A DNA stretch of 64,000 nucleotides, from assembly GCF_964194155.1 (NCBI RefSeq), contig NC_135901.1, forward strand, positions 25,854,001-25,918,000, written 5' to 3'. The notes under the pieces are model-generated. The model had not been told where the DNA came from. It saw only the letters and a list, made by a program, of their open reading frames with translations, and searched no databases. The position numbers were made by a program, and so were the translations under genes. Of this stretch, positions 1-12,127 are shown piece after piece. Source of the stretch: Cetorhinus maximus. Taxonomy: Eukaryota. The stretch's first letter is position 1. Each line of letters opens with the position of its first letter.

Positions 1-460
1 GTTTGTGGTATATATAAACGATTTAGACTTGAATGTAGGAGGATTGATCAGTAAGCTCATGGATGACACGAAAATTGGTGGGGTGGTAAATAGTGAGGAG
101 GATAGCCTTAGATTGCAGGAGGATATAGACGGGCTGGTCAGTGGCAAATGGAATTTAATCCAGATAAATTTGAGGTGATGCACTTGGGCAGGACAAACAA
201 GGCACTGGAATACACAATGAATGGTAGCACCCTGGGAAGTACCGAGGATCAGGGGGACCTTGGTGTGCACGTCCACTGGTCCCTTTAGGTAGCGGAACAG
301 ATAGATAAGGCATATGGGATACTTGCCTTTATTAGCCGAGGCATAGGATATAAGAGCAGGGAGGTTATGCTGGAACTGTATAAAACGCTGGTTAGGCCAC
401 AGTTAGAGTATTGCGTGCAGTTCTGAAATCCACATTATAGGAAGGGTGTGATTGCACTAG
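1..460 (+). mobile_element. CR1-clade LINE, RT C-terminal fragment (degenerate)
   Basis: Translates as YINDLD..ISKLMDDTKIGG..WQMEFNPDK..ELYKTLVRPQLEYCVQF with stops; typical CR1 ORF2 motifs. Confidence 0.9.
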
Positions 461-616
461 ACCATAGGACCATAAGACATAGGAGCGGAAATTAGGCCAT
501 TCGGCCCATCGAGTCTGCTCCGCCATTCAATCATGGCTGATAAGTTTCTCAACCCCATTCTCCCGCCTTCTCCCCGTAACCTTTGATCCCCTTACCAATC
601 AAGAACCTATCTATCT
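461..616 (-). mobile_element. Young 5'-truncated CR1 3' end
   Basis: Reverse complement ends ...gggccgaatggcctaatttccgctcctatgtcttatggt; nearly identical to 34098-34238. Confidence 0.85.
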
Positions 617-617
617 G

Positions 618-1358
618 TCTCCCGTTTCTCTCCTATCTCCCATCAACCCCTGTCAGAGTTCATCTTGTCCATGAGACCCACCTCCTAGTCCCTCAATCCT
701 AATCCCACTACACTGCTGATGATCCATCTTCCCCATTTTAGCTGATACTGTTTATGGTTGTCTCTCCATTTTGCTATTGTCCCTCTCACCTTTAAATCCA
801 CCATCACCACCATCCTGAAAAAAGCAGCCCTTGACCCCCACCATCCTTGCAAACTACTGCCCCATCTCCAACCTGCTTTTCCTCTGCAAAGACCTTGAAC
901 TTGGTGTCCCCCAAGGATCTCTCCTTGGTCCCTCCTATTTCTCATCTACATGCTGCCACTAGGCGACATCATCCAAAAGCACCGTGTTAGTTTTCACATG
1001 TACACTGACAATGCCTAGCTCTACCTCACCACCATCCCTCTCCATTCCGCCACCACGACTAAATTATCGAACCGATTATCCGACATACAGTACTGGATGT
1101 GCAGAAATTTCCTCCGATTAACAATTGGGAAGACCAAAGCTATTGTCTACAGTCACCACTACAAATTCTGTTCCCTAACTACCGAGTCCATCCCTCTCTC
1201 TAGGAACTGTCTTGAGGCTGAATCACACTGTCCAGAATCTTGATGTCTATTTTATCCCAAGATGACTTTCCCCCCACTTATCCACACCATCACAAATACC
1301 ACATATCTCCACCTCCATAAGGTTACTTGTCTCCCCCCACAGCTCATCTGCTGCTGAG
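618..1358 (+). mobile_element. L2-clade LINE RT fragment
   Basis: GVPQGS..LIYMLPLGDIIQKH.VSFHMYTDNA*LYL..WMCRNFLRLTIGKT, the L2 RT signature. Confidence 0.85.
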
Positions 1359-1472
1359 AGAGGAGATGAATATCCTGTTACTGATTATTCAGTTCGTGGT
1401 CACTTTTTCCCTTTCTCACTACACTGCAAATAAATCATCCTTGCTGTCTGTCCTGAATGAATCCATTTCAAT

Positions 1473-1990
1473 AACAAATGTTGGAATGTTTGCTCCACAT
1501 CCACAGGGTTTCATTTGTTTAAAGCCACAAACAGAAAGGTCCAGTTTTCTCCTGGAGTTTGAGACAAAGCAGCTTTCAAAATGATGCCGAGTTTCAACCA
1601 ATGAGGGAGATCCGGGCTCAGCCCCGCCCCTCATTCACTCCGATTGGTAGGAGGACCAGCTATCTCGCTCGGCCCGCCAGCACCGTCCTTTCTTCCTATT
1701 GGTCCTGAGCTGCCGTCAATCACCCCGGTCTTTGTGATCTGGAGCATGCGCAATGCGGGTGATGTCCATGGACAGACGCTTGTTTGTCTCATCTTCAGGC
1801 GAGGAGGAGGCGGATAAGCGGCGGCAGCGTTAGGGGCAGTGGGTGGGAGGGGAGGCTTCACAAACACCCAGTGGAGGCCTCAACACCCCCAGTAAGAAAG
1901 TACCGGGCCCGCCTTTGCACCGAACGGAACGGCAGCTGCGGGATTTCTCCCGGTGCCAGGCCCGCGTGGACAAATGTGGGTTAATGAAGG
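1473..1990 (+). promoter_or_regulatory. CpG-rich promoter cassette of ZNF gene A
   Basis: CCAAT (1598), GC box gccccgcccc (1621), two ATTGG, gtcaat, NRF1-like gcatgcgca (~1744); paralogous to 10136-10405 and 55170-55710. Confidence 0.75.
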
Positions 1991-2164
1991 AAATGCAGCA
2001 ACGGGTTTGTTAATGAGAAATCACCTTTAACTCACTTTACTGATCCTGGAGCAGGAGGAGAGAATGGTGTGAATTTCTATCCTGGACTGACACTGATGGA
2101 TTTGTTTACAAAAAATAATCTTTAACTTTACAGGAAGCAGGAGGGGAGACTGTTAATATCATAA

Positions 2165-2395
2165 TTAACTAACTTGCAGGAGTTTTTTGAATTGGTAACA
2201 GAGAGGGTTAATGTGAGCAATGATGTGATGTGATGGGATTTCCAAAAGACATTTGATACAGTGCCACACAACAGACTTTAAGCTGTGAGCAAAGTTCTAG
2301 CTCATGGAATAAAAGGGACACGAACAACAAGGATAGGGAATTGGCTGAGTGACAGGTAACAAACAGTAGTGGTTAATAGATGTTTTTTCCAGCTG
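2165..2395 (+). mobile_element. CR1 RT fragment
   Basis: TNL.EFFE.VT...DFQKTFDTVPHNRL...WIGNWLSDR.Q.VVV-like motifs. Confidence 0.8.
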
Positions 2396-2540
2396 GAGCT
2401 CGTGGGTATTTCCTCAACTGTGAGATTTTTCTCGGACTCCAGTGCTTCTGATATCTTTGCACCTGCAGGCTGCAGCAGGGGATTTTAAAATTGAAAACTG
2501 AAATTGTTTCAGTGGTATTTCTGACCATTCATCTGCAATT

Positions 2541-2796
2541 AACCTGGAAGTGTCTTAACAGACTTAGGACTAGTGTAGGTCGTTCAAAGGTGTCACTAAG
2601 CAAATGGGGATATACAAACAGCCTGATAACTTGTGAATGTGGAACTGAGCCACAGACTATGCAACATCTCCTGCAATGCCTATCGCTAGAGGAACCCTGC
2701 ACTGTTGCAGATCTTGCCGAATTCAACAACAAGGTGCAAAAATGTGTCCAGTTCTGGCTGGGCCATGTATAGACTGTCTGTGGACATGATAAGAAG
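2541..2796 (+). mobile_element. Vingi/Ingi-type non-LTR retrotransposon 3' end
   Basis: WKCLNRLRTSVGRSK..LSKWGY...CECG..PQTMQHLLQC zinc-knuckle C-terminus, tail gataagaag, flanking 10-bp duplication atctgcaatt (2531-2540 / 2797-2806). Confidence 0.75.
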
Positions 2797-3189
2797 ATCT
2801 GCAATTTAGAGCTTTTAGTTCTATGCTCTGTTATTTGTATGAAGTTCCACATCTCTGGGGCTGGTTTGGCTCCTTTTCAGTGGAACTGAACCCATGTCCA
2901 TCCATTGGTCTATTTCACCTCTGCCCTCCCTGATCACCTCTCTGCCATTATCTAACTTCCTCTGCCTCTGATAATGAATGTATTGTCGTTATGTTTACTG
3001 TTACTTCCACTGACTATGTCTAAATGAGGTTCCACTGCTGCCCATCCCCCAGCCATGTGCTGCTGGCTTTCCATCTTCCCACACGATTTTGTTTAACCTG
3101 CGTTTTGTCCATTTCTCTTCCACTTCTGACCTAATACTGCCCGTCAAATTCTGCACCATTTTTATTCCCCGTAATTCATTCTGCACGTC

Positions 3190-3302
3190 CTGATATGTTA
3201 ATGTTGTTTCTCGCTCCAAAGAAATTGCCCGGCCTGCTGAGTATTCCCGGCGTTTTTTATTTTTATTTCAGATTTCCAGCAGTTGCAGTATTTTACTATT
3301 AT
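3190..3302 (+). mobile_element. Degenerate Penelope-type terminal repeat fragment
   Basis: cctgctgagtattccc...tttatttcagatttccagca.ttgcagtatttt, same family as 43411-43542. Confidence 0.55.
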
Positions 3303-3564
3303 TTTATTCCAGGCATCACTCAGAGAACCAAGTCTGGAAACACAGAGAGACTGATTAAGAGCTGGGTTGCATCACGGTGGGCTTTGGTGGCAGAAGTTGA
3401 TCTCTGGCCTCCAGTGTAGGTCCTTTTTCATTGAGCCATAGAATCATTGAGTGATTACAATACAGAGGAAGACTATTTAGCACGTTATGCTCAGGCTGGC
3501 ACTTGACAAGAGCAAATCAGCTAGTCCCACGCCCCTGTCCTTTCACCAACAGGACCAGCAGCAG

Positions 3565-4875
3565 ATATTACCAATCCCCAGTTGCCTGTGGAGAAGATGA
3601 GGTTTGACCTTCTTGAACCGCTGCAGTCCGTGTGGCGAAGGTGCTCCCACAATGCTGTTAGATAAGGAGTTACAGGTTATTTACCCAGTGATGATGAAGG
3701 CCATATATGTCCAAGTCAACAATACTAATTTGTATTTATGTCGTGCTTTTGGTGCAATACAATGTTCCAAGATGTTTCACACAAATGTTACAAAACAACA
3801 TTTGACAACGAGCCACATAAGGCGATATTAGGGCAGGTGACCAAAAGCTTGGTCAGAGGTAGGTTTTAAGGAGTATTTTAAAGGAGGAAAGCAAGGTAGA
3901 GGGATGGAGAGGTTTAAGGAGGAAATTCCAGAGCTTGTGGCCTTGGCAACTGAAAGAAGGGCCACCAACAGTGGAGCGATTAAAATCAGGAGTGGTCAGC
4001 AGGCCGGAATTATAAGGGCGCGGATATTTCAGAAGATTGTGTGACTGGAGGAGATTAGAGAGACAGAGAGGGGCAAGAGCATGGAGGAGATTACAGAGAC
4101 AGGGAGGGACAAGAGCATGGAGGAGATTACAGACACAGGGACAGACAAGAGTGTGGAGGAGATTACAGAGACAGGGAGGGCAAGAGTGTGGAGGAGATTA
4201 CAGAGACAGGGAGGGCAAGAGCATGGAGGAGATTACAGAGACAGGGAGGGACAAGAGTGTGGAGGAGATTACAGAGACAGGGAGGGACAAGGGCATGGAG
4301 GAGATTACAGAGACAGGGAGGGACAAGAGCATGGAGGAGATTACAGAGACAGGGAGCATGGAGGAAATTGAAAACAAGCATGAGAATTTAAAAATGTAGG
4401 TACTTATTAAATGGGAGCTTTTGTAAGTCAGTGAGCATAGGGGTGATGGACATATATGACTTGGTGCAAGGAAGCACATGGCAATGGAGCACTGGGTGAG
4501 CTCAACATTAGAGGAGGTTGAATGTGGGAGGCTGCCTGGGAGTGCGTTAGGATAGTTAAGCCTAGAGGTAACAAAGGAATGGGTGACAGTTTCAGCAGCA
4601 GATGAGCTGAAACTAGGATAGAGTCGGGCAATGTTACTGAGGTGAAAGTAGGCGGTTTTGATGATCTGGATATGTGGTTGAAAGCTCATCTTTGGGTGAA
4701 ATATGACACTGAGGTTGTGAACAGTTTGATTCAGCCTCACACAGTTCCAGGGAGAGGGATGGAGTCGGTGGCTAGGAAATGGAGTTTGTAGTAGAGACTG
4801 AAGACAGAGGCTTTGGGCTTCCCAATATTTTAATGGAGTAAATTTTTGTTCATCCATTACTGGATGTCAGACAAG
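3565..4875 (-). mobile_element. LINE 3' tail plus L2 3' fragment in the intron of ZNF A
   Basis: ORF 4198..4857 reads KTAYFHLSNIARL...AETVTHSFVTSRLNY (L2 RT C-terminus); paralogous blocks lie upstream of E, F and G. Confidence 0.85.
4047..4366. repeat. ~36-bp minisatellite, about 9 copies, inside L2
   Basis: Unit atggaggagattacagagacagggagggacaagagc. Confidence 0.9.
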
Positions 4876-5225
4876 TCAAGACCGTGGGTGACTTGTAGGT
4901 GATGGTGTTCACATACACCTGTTACCCTGGTCCTTCTGGGTGGTGGAGTTTGAAAGTTTGGCAGGTTCTGTCAAAGTTCTGGTCAAGTTGTAAATATTTA
5001 AAATCCTTCTCCTTAGCCCCCTGCTGCTCCATCCCTCTCTCTCGCTCTATTTCTCGCTTTGTGCTTTTGTGGGTTCTCTCTCACTGTCTTTTTACTATTT
5101 TAAATTAATTTCACAGGGTGCTAGAAGGGAAGGATTTGCAGTGAGGAAACTCAAACCAAACATCACATCAGGATCTGATGCAGCCTCCAAATTTATCATA
5201 ACTGGAATATCATTTGATTTTGAAC

Positions 5226-6350
5226 ATGGAAGGAGAAAGCACCGTTCACAGTGGAGATAAACCGTACACGTGTTCTGTGTGTGGACGAGGCTTCAGCCGA
5301 TCATCTGGCCTGTCGAAACACAAGTGCAATCATATGAGGGAGAAACTATGGAAATGTGAGGACTGTGGGAAGGGATTCAATTACCCATCTGACCTGGAAA
5401 CTCATCGGCGCACTCACACTGGGGAGAAGCCGTTCACCTGCTCTGAGTGCGGGAAGAGATTCACTCACTCATCCAGCTTGCTAAAACACCAGCGAGATCA
5501 CAATGGGGAGAGACCATTCACCTGCTCCAAGTGTGGGAAGGGATTCACTACCTCATTTCACCTGCTGATGCACCAGCGAATTCACACTGGGGAGAGGCCA
5601 TTCACCTGCTCTGACTGTGGGAAACGATTCACTCAGTCATCCCAACTGCGAGCCCACCAGCGCACTCACACTGGGGAGAGACCGTTCAGTTGCTCTGACT
5701 GTGGGAAGGGATTCACTCAGTCATCCCACCTGCTGACTCACCAGCGCAGTCACACTGGGGAAAGGCCATTCACCTGCTCCAAGTGTGGGAAGGGATTCAC
5801 GTGTTCATCACGCCTGCTGACGCACCTGCGAGTTCACACTGCTGAGAGACCTTTTAAATGCCCAGACTGCGGGAAGTGCTATAAAAGTTCTGGGGAACTG
5901 ATGTCCCATCAACGTGTTCACACTGATGAGAGACCGTTCAGGTGCTTTCAATGTGGCACTGGGTTCAGGCGGTCATTTGAACTTACTGTACATCAGCACA
6001 GTCACACTGGGGAGAGTCCTTTCACCTGCTCTGAATGTGGGAAGGGATTCAGTATTTCATCCCGCCTGCTGATGCACCTGCGAATTCACACTGGGGAGAG
6101 GCCATTCACCTGCTCTGAGTGTGGGAAGGGATTCACTCAGTCATCCCAACTGTCGACACATCGGCGCACTCACACCGGGGAGAGGCCATTCACCTGCTCC
6201 AAGTGTGGGAAAGGATTCACTTGCTTATCACACTTGCTGACCCACCAGCGAGTTCACACTGGGGAGAGGCCATTCACTTGCTCCAATTGTGGGAAGGGAT
6301 TCACTACCTCATCCAACTTACTGAAACACCAACGGGTTCACACTGACTAG
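5226..6350 (+). CDS. KRAB-less tandem C2H2 zinc-finger protein (gene A), 13 fingers
   Basis: Open frame of CxxC-x12-HxxxH repeats with TGERPF linkers; ATG in aacATGg; acceptor tttcacag at 5116. Confidence 0.9.
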   Translation: MEGESTVHSGDKPYTCSVCGRGFSRSSGLSKHKCNHMREKLWKCEDCGKGFNYPSDLETHRRTHTGEKPFTCSECGKRFTHSSSLLKHQRDHNGERPFTCSKCGKGFTTSFHLLMHQRIHTGERPFTCSDCGKRFTQSSQLRAHQRTHTGERPFSCSDCGKGFTQSSHLLTHQRSHTGERPFTCSKCGKGFTCSSRLLTHLRVHTAERPFKCPDCGKCYKSSGELMSHQRVHTDERPFRCFQCGTGFRRSFELTVHQHSHTGESPFTCSECGKGFSISSRLLMHLRIHTGERPFTCSECGKGFTQSSQLSTHRRTHTGERPFTCSKCGKGFTCLSHLLTHQRVHTGERPFTCSNCGKGFTTSSNLLKHQRVHTD

Positions 6351-6910
6351 AGACCTTTTAAATGCCCAGGCTGCAGGAAGTGCTATAAAAGCTCTGGAGA
6401 CCTGATGTTCCACCAAAATGCTCACTGATATGAAACCTTGCAAGTGCTCCCACTGTGGGACTGAGTTCAGGCAGTCATCTCATTTCACTGTTCACCAGCG
6501 CGGTCACATTGGGGAGAGGCCGTCTCATGCTCGGGATGTGGGAAGAGTTGATCAGACACGTACCCCTCTCAAATACAAGCAAATTCTCACTGGAGAGAGG
6601 CCAATCACCTGCTCCACGTCTGGGTGGGGATTCACTCAGTCATACAGTCTGCTGTTGGACAGTCATTCACTTGCTCCGATTGTGGGTAGGGATTCACGGA
6701 ATCAACTGACCTGATGAATCACCAACATGTTCTCACTGGGAAAAGACTGTGCAGGTGATATGAACGTGAGATTGGATTCATTAATTCATCCAATCTCTGG
6801 ACAGAGCAGCAAGTTCACACTGGGCTGAGGCTGTTCACCTACTCCTTGTGTGGGAAGGGATTCACTCAGTCATTTAAACTTCTGACTCATCAGTGAGTTC
6901 ACACTGAATA
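6351..6910 (+). pseudogene. Decayed zinc fingers in the 3' UTR of gene A
   Basis: After TD* (GAG>TAG in linker) the frame continues RPFKCPGCRKCYKSSGDLMFHQNAH...; later frameshifts. Confidence 0.85.
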
Positions 6911-7122
6911 GTGGATGTTTCTGTGTGTGTGTGTATATCTCCTTGTAAAGGGATTTGATCATCATGAAAACTGTAAAACTATCAATGACAAAGTGGAATG
7001 AGGCTGTTCACCTGCTTCCTGTCTGGAAACACATTTCCTGATAATGGATATTGTACTTAACAGAGATCCTGGAATTCATTTCAAATTGTTAGAACGTTGC
7101 TCTCTAAAAGCTAAATGCATTT

Positions 7123-8759
7123 TGTGTTTTTACAGACTTATCCGTCTCCCTTTAAACAAGCTCGGAAACTAGGGAACACTGAGACATTGGTTTAATGTTT
7201 TATTTTTCTAGTATATAACCCGTTGCACACAGAGACCATGAGATTACTGGATACTCACGGGAGGACTCATCAGAAATAGTTGTGAGCACATTATTCGAAT
7301 CTGATCAGTCTGTAATGTAGACATGGTCAACAACTCCAAGCTTTTGTGTATTGATCCTTTTTGACTTTAGTAACGTTTCGCTAACTTGATAACATCTCAA
7401 CACATTCTGGTTATTTGTTTATCAAACAGAATACAGTAACCCTTTAAATCTGTCATGAAACGATCATATTTTTCATAATATTATTGTGGGGTATTGTAAA
7501 GTAGGCTTATGTTTGTGTGTGTGGATGGTTCTGTCTGCGTGGTGATTTAATTAAATTAGAGATGGATAGACTGCAATATTCAAATTATCAAAGGAGTCAC
7601 GTATAAAAAGCGCATGTGAAATGCTAATGAATGAAGTAGGGTAAAGCCTTGGCAGATAGAATTTGCATTTTAAGATATGTGCAGAGGTGTTTGATTTTCA
7701 AAAATACATGATGAGATGTTGACAAGAAACAATATCAATAAGGCGGGTTATTATGTTGAGTTTTCCCAAAAGTACTGGCCATATTGACAACATAAAAGAT
7801 TTTCATCTTATGGGAAAAGTAAATGCCAAAGGCATGAAGGAACAATGGGGTTTAGAGATTAAAGAGGAAGAAATATATTTAAAGAAGGATGGAAGGCTGT
7901 GTGTGGGGTGGCCGTGTAATATCTGAAAGGTACAAGTGTAAAACCGACTTGGAGAAAAGCCTCTAGCCACTTTGCAGAAGTCTGCTATTCCTGTAGCCAA
8001 AGTTGTGTTAAAAGCCTTTGGAACACCACTGTCGTGTGGGTAACCTTGCTGATTGTCACAATAAATTTAAAATCTATTTTGGACTGTTGCCTTAAAGGGG
8101 GTGTCTGGTTAACTAGGAATTTGTAGTCTGGAGTCTGGTTAACTAGGAATTTTGGAAATTGTTATAATATGAAGTAACCATGTAACTGTAATCTTGTGTA
8201 TGTGATTTACTCTTTTCTTTTGTTAATAAATGTTTTAATTTGATTTCCAAAATCTCTAAAGGTGTCAGTGGACGTATCACTTCTGAATCAGTGCACAAAT
8301 CTTCTGGTACTAAATACAAATTGCAAAACCATTGTGCTAGCGTGGCCAAGGTTCCCTTGTGTATTTAGTCAGCCTGGCATATACCACCTGCCATATCATA
8401 ACATTTCATCTCGTAAATGATGTAATCCTCGTTAGTGAATCTGTGCGATATCGTCATTGCTCTTCTCATGGTTTCTACCTGAACATCTGATCTGAGAGAC
8501 TTAATAACGTCTTTGTATTCAGTTCATCTCCTGACCCTCTAATTCGGTGTCGAGAACATACATTGTCTGTTCCTCCAGATCATTAATGTACTGGTGTCTG
8601 TTCACAGGCTCTAATCTTATCCTCAGTATGACCTCCTAGAGCCTACTTCCATTGCAGATTCTTAGTTTAATGTGTGTAAGTGTCTGTACTGTCGAGAAAT
8701 GTTTAATAAAGTTATTAGAATTATTCAAGTCTTCCACACCTGGCCTCCCACTGTCTACA
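7123..8759 (-). mobile_element. 3' LTR of a decayed ERV, interrupted by a second LTR
   Basis: Minus strand: PPT gaggtggggaa then TGTAGAC..., AATAAA, ends ...aacaCA; uninterrupted paralog at 16938-17595 has a matching length once 7451-8403 is removed. Confidence 0.65.
7451..8403 (+). mobile_element. Solo LTR (nested insertion)
   Basis: TGTCATGA...TCATAACA terminal inverted repeat, AATAAA ~8225, absent from the paralogous LTR; TSD not clear. Confidence 0.65.
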
Positions 8760-8775
8760 TTCCCCACCTCGAGGC

Positions 8776-9750
8776 TCAAGAAGATTCTTCCTTTTGTAGC
8801 TTCGAAGCTTTTCTCTTGGTCAGTGCAAACATTTCCATTATATTCTTTCTCCTTGTAACCTGCCTTAGAATTCTGTCCATCCCGCAGACCATCAATAGAA
8901 GAGGAATTAGCATCATCTGTAATACTAGGAGGAAAGTAGATGCTATGATTATCCAGGGATGTTCTTCTGTATTTTACTCTATCTCCGACCAGGGATGATC
9001 ACCCAGGGTGACAATAGATCACTCAAATGTTATTGCTTGTTGTTTCCTGAGTCCCAGATGTTGTTCAATATTGATTTAAGCTTCAGAGAAAACCGTGAAA
9101 TTGTATGGCCAAAACCACTCAGAATCACTGGAGGATAATGTACACCCGTGTGAGTGTGAATGTGGGTCTCTGTGTTTGAGTGTGTGGTTGTGTGTTATGG
9201 GTATATGTGTTCCTGTGTGCAGGTTTCTGTGTGTGGGTGTCTGTGAGCATGTGTGCTGTTTCTCATTAACTGTAAAACAAACCTTCCCGTCTCTGACCAG
9301 ACAATGTTGGTTCTCCTAGAATCTCATTGAATGATTTGAATGGTACCATTCAGAGATTCTTCATCCAGAGTGAAGCTATAGGCTGACCGTGTGCTATGTA
9401 AAACCTGACATCTACACAACCAGGCCCCACTTCTCCTGGAACAACACAAACTGTCTGCTACTTTCTAGATCCCTTCCTTTCCCCTCACTATCATCCTCAG
9501 ATAGTTCACAAATTCCTTGTGCACATCATCCTCCAACTCATCTACGGTCTCCACTTTACTTTAAAGACTTCCATCGGTCTTACCAACAGTTAGCAATGGG
9601 ATAGCTGCTAACACAGGAATCAGTTCTGAAATACTGTCACTCTGATTTTAAGGCTTGCCGTGGGAGTACGTGGAACCAGATCTTCCCACCTCACACCAAT
9701 ACATATTCCCATCTGAGTTCAACATTTTAATGTGATTGTCCAATCCAGGA
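8776..9750 (-). pseudogene. Degenerate retroviral env-like relic (C-terminal part, TM, tail)
   Basis: Minus frame: ...KVETVDELEDDVHKEF...CCSRRSGAWLC...GRFCFTVN...DHPWSEI..EHPWIIIASTFLLVLQMMLIPLLLMVCG + basic tail; TGA at 8776 just before the PPT. Confidence 0.6.
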
Positions 9751-9754
9751 GACA

Positions 9755-9856
9755 AGTTCTGAAGAAGAGTCACACGGACTCGAAACATTAACTCTGTCTT
9801 TCTCTCCACAGATGCTGTCTGGCCTGCTGAGTTTTTCTAGCAATTTTTGTTTTTGT
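9755..9856 (+). mobile_element. Penelope-type repeat with minimal hammerhead-like motif
   Basis: agtt CTGAAGA a gagtc acacg gactc GAAAC att aact. Confidence 0.7.
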
Positions 9857-10135
9857 CAAGGAAACGTAGATCATTTAATCCCGTTAAACCTGATTGAGCT
9901 CCCACACCCCATGCACACAAACTGCAAGAGATTGTCTTCGAGACCAGTTGTTGCTGTATATATATGAACAGTATGAACCTTCTCCCTAACCTGTCCTAAC
10001 CCTTCCGTTCTTCATTTGTTGAAAACAGGGACTCTCCTTGTTCTAATGGTGACATTCCCTGCTTGCCCAGTTATTCTTTGAAGTCAGCCCTTGAATTAGT
10101 TCTGCATTGTTTCATCATGTTCCCACATTTCACTG

Positions 10136-11200
10136 ACAAATGTTGAAATGTTTGCTCCACACCCACAGGGTTTCATCTGTTTAAAGCCACAAACAGGAAG
10201 CTCCAGTTTTCTCCTGGAGTTTGAGACAAATCAGCTTCCAAAATGATGCAGAGTTTCAGCCAATGAGGGAGAGCCTGGTTCAGCCCCGCCCCTCATTCAT
10301 TCCGATTGGTCGGAGGGCCAGCCCTCTCCCGCGCGCAGTCCGCCAGCCCCGCCCCCTCTACCTATTGGTCCGGAACTGCTGCCAATCAGCCGAGCTGTGT
10401 GAGCTAGAGCATGCGCACTGCCGATGATGGTGATGAACTAGTTGGCTGTATCGAAATTCTCAGCCGGTGAGTTATCGCCGGCTGGGTCATGAAGGAGGGA
10501 AGGAATCGGCGGGTGGGTTGGGAGGATTCATAAACACCTCGTGTAGGCTGCAAGTCCCGAATACGAAGCTCGCGTATGGTATTTGAACCGGCTACAACTG
10601 CTCGGGCTTTTCCCCGAGACAGGCCCCAGTTAACGGCCGCCACCTTTATCCGGGATAATGTTGCAGCCGGGGCGCCTGCGGAGACAATGAGGGCGTTCTG
10701 GGATCAGCCCCGCCCCTCATTCACTCCGATTGGTTGGAGGACCAGGCTTTATCACTCCGGCCTCCAGCCGCATCCCCTCTTCCTATTTGTCCGACCCTCC
10801 CGTCAATCACTCCCCGGGCATTGTGAGCTGGAGTAACCGTTATGAATAATTATCAGCTCCTGGTTTGCAGCTGCGGGGCTTCTCCCTCCCGGGAACAGGC
10901 CCAGGTTAACGGCCGCCATCCTGGGTCAGCGAGTGGAGGATGGTTCACATCAGAGGATGGGGGACAATAAATAAGAGGTTACACTTTGGGCTCAAATCAA
11001 TGAGGAATCTGATCTGTGGGAAGGAAGGAAGGAACGAAACCCTGGGAGGTGGGCGGGGAGGATTCAGAAACACCCGCTGGAGGCCCCAAACCCCCAGCAA
11101 GAACCTGCAGGCCCCGCGTTTGTTGCATTTTAACGTTATGCGCGGCCATGTTGGTGAAGCAACAAAGAGTGGGCGGGGCTTCAGGGTCCCAGTGACCAGG
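10136..11200 (+). promoter_or_regulatory. CpG-rich promoter/first-exon region of ZNF gene B (cassette partly duplicated at 10704-10835)
   Basis: CCAAT, GC boxes, ATTGG, gcatgcgca, candidate donor ccg|gtgagt (~10467), YY1-like ggccgccatc (~10911). Confidence 0.75.
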
Positions 11201-11768
11201 AGAGAAAATGATTGATTCATTGATGATATTCTCACTCTGCACAGAGGCTTGAGAACGGAACCCAGCCAGAGTAGAGAGAGAGAGATAAAACTGGGAGTGA
11301 GGAAAGGAATGGTGTGATGTGTTTGGCAGGATGACCAACTCTCATGGAGAAAATTGAGGGACAGCCTGCCGTGGGAGTCCATACGAGTCGGTGGTGGGAT
11401 GCTGTGTGGGGTGCTGCCAGAGTTGGTGGGGCGGGGGTGGGGGTGATGGGGGGAAATAGCTGCAGGAGATGTTTGAACGCAGAAGCAGTAGACGGTAGGG
11501 TGCGACCAGAAGGTTCCAATTTGTGGGACAAATAGTGTTCCGGCACCAGGACAGTTGACTCTCAAATACGGAGGAATGCTGTAAAATACTGTACAGTTGG
11601 TCACTCTGGGGTTTGGATTCCAGCACGGGGAGGAGGGAGACTGTGTAGGGTGAGGATTTACTGCTTTGCAGGAACAAGAGGATAGCATGTTCCATAGAAA
11701 CTAGGTTTGTCTGTTGAGAATTTCTATCCTGTATTTACACTGATGAGTTTTGTAAACTCCTTTTCCAG

Positions 11769-12127
11769 GGTATTAGAACGGGTGGAGTTACAGGCAGGAA
11801 GCTCAAACCTAACATCACAGCATGGTCTGACAGAGTCACTCGATTCATCAGGACCTGAATAACATTAGCCTTTCAATGTGGAAGGAGAAATGTTTGTTCT
11901 GTCTGTGGGGAAATGTTTCAAACATTACGTGACTGGAAAATCACTAAGACACATACACCTGAGGGAGAGTGTTCCAGTGAACTGACTGTGGAAAGAGCTT
12001 TAACCAGTTACACTGCCTGGGGAAACATCAGATCATTCACAGTGGGGAGAAACTGTGCACGTGTTGTGTATGTGGACAAGGTTCAACTGATTGTCCAACC
12101 TGGAGAGACACAAAAAATACCGGCACC
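11769..12127 (+). pseudogene. Fossil coding leader and decayed fingers in the 5' part of the gene B exon
   Basis: After acceptor ttttccag reads VLERVELQAGSSNLTSQHGLTESLDSSGPE*H*PFNVEGEMF, then broken fingers. Confidence 0.7.

Noticed and set aside
4037-4399. Multiple overlapping ORFs (MEEITETGR..)
   Set aside because: Artefacts of a 36-bp minisatellite inside L2
1473-5116. KRAB, SCAN, BTB or SET exon upstream of the finger exons
   Set aside because: No recognisable motif in any frame; intervening DNA is mostly explained by TE fragments
6348-6350. Programmed stop-codon readthrough in gene A
   Set aside because: Downstream fingers are visibly decayed and frameshifted, which argues against translation
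11205-11260. Box C/D snoRNA (atgattga...tgatga)
   Set aside because: No convincing D box with terminal stem, and motifs are not kept in the paralogs at 18235 and 51375
10945-11695. 247-aa minus-strand ORF
   Set aside because: GC-rich antisense of a promoter/intron module, no domain, not open in paralogs
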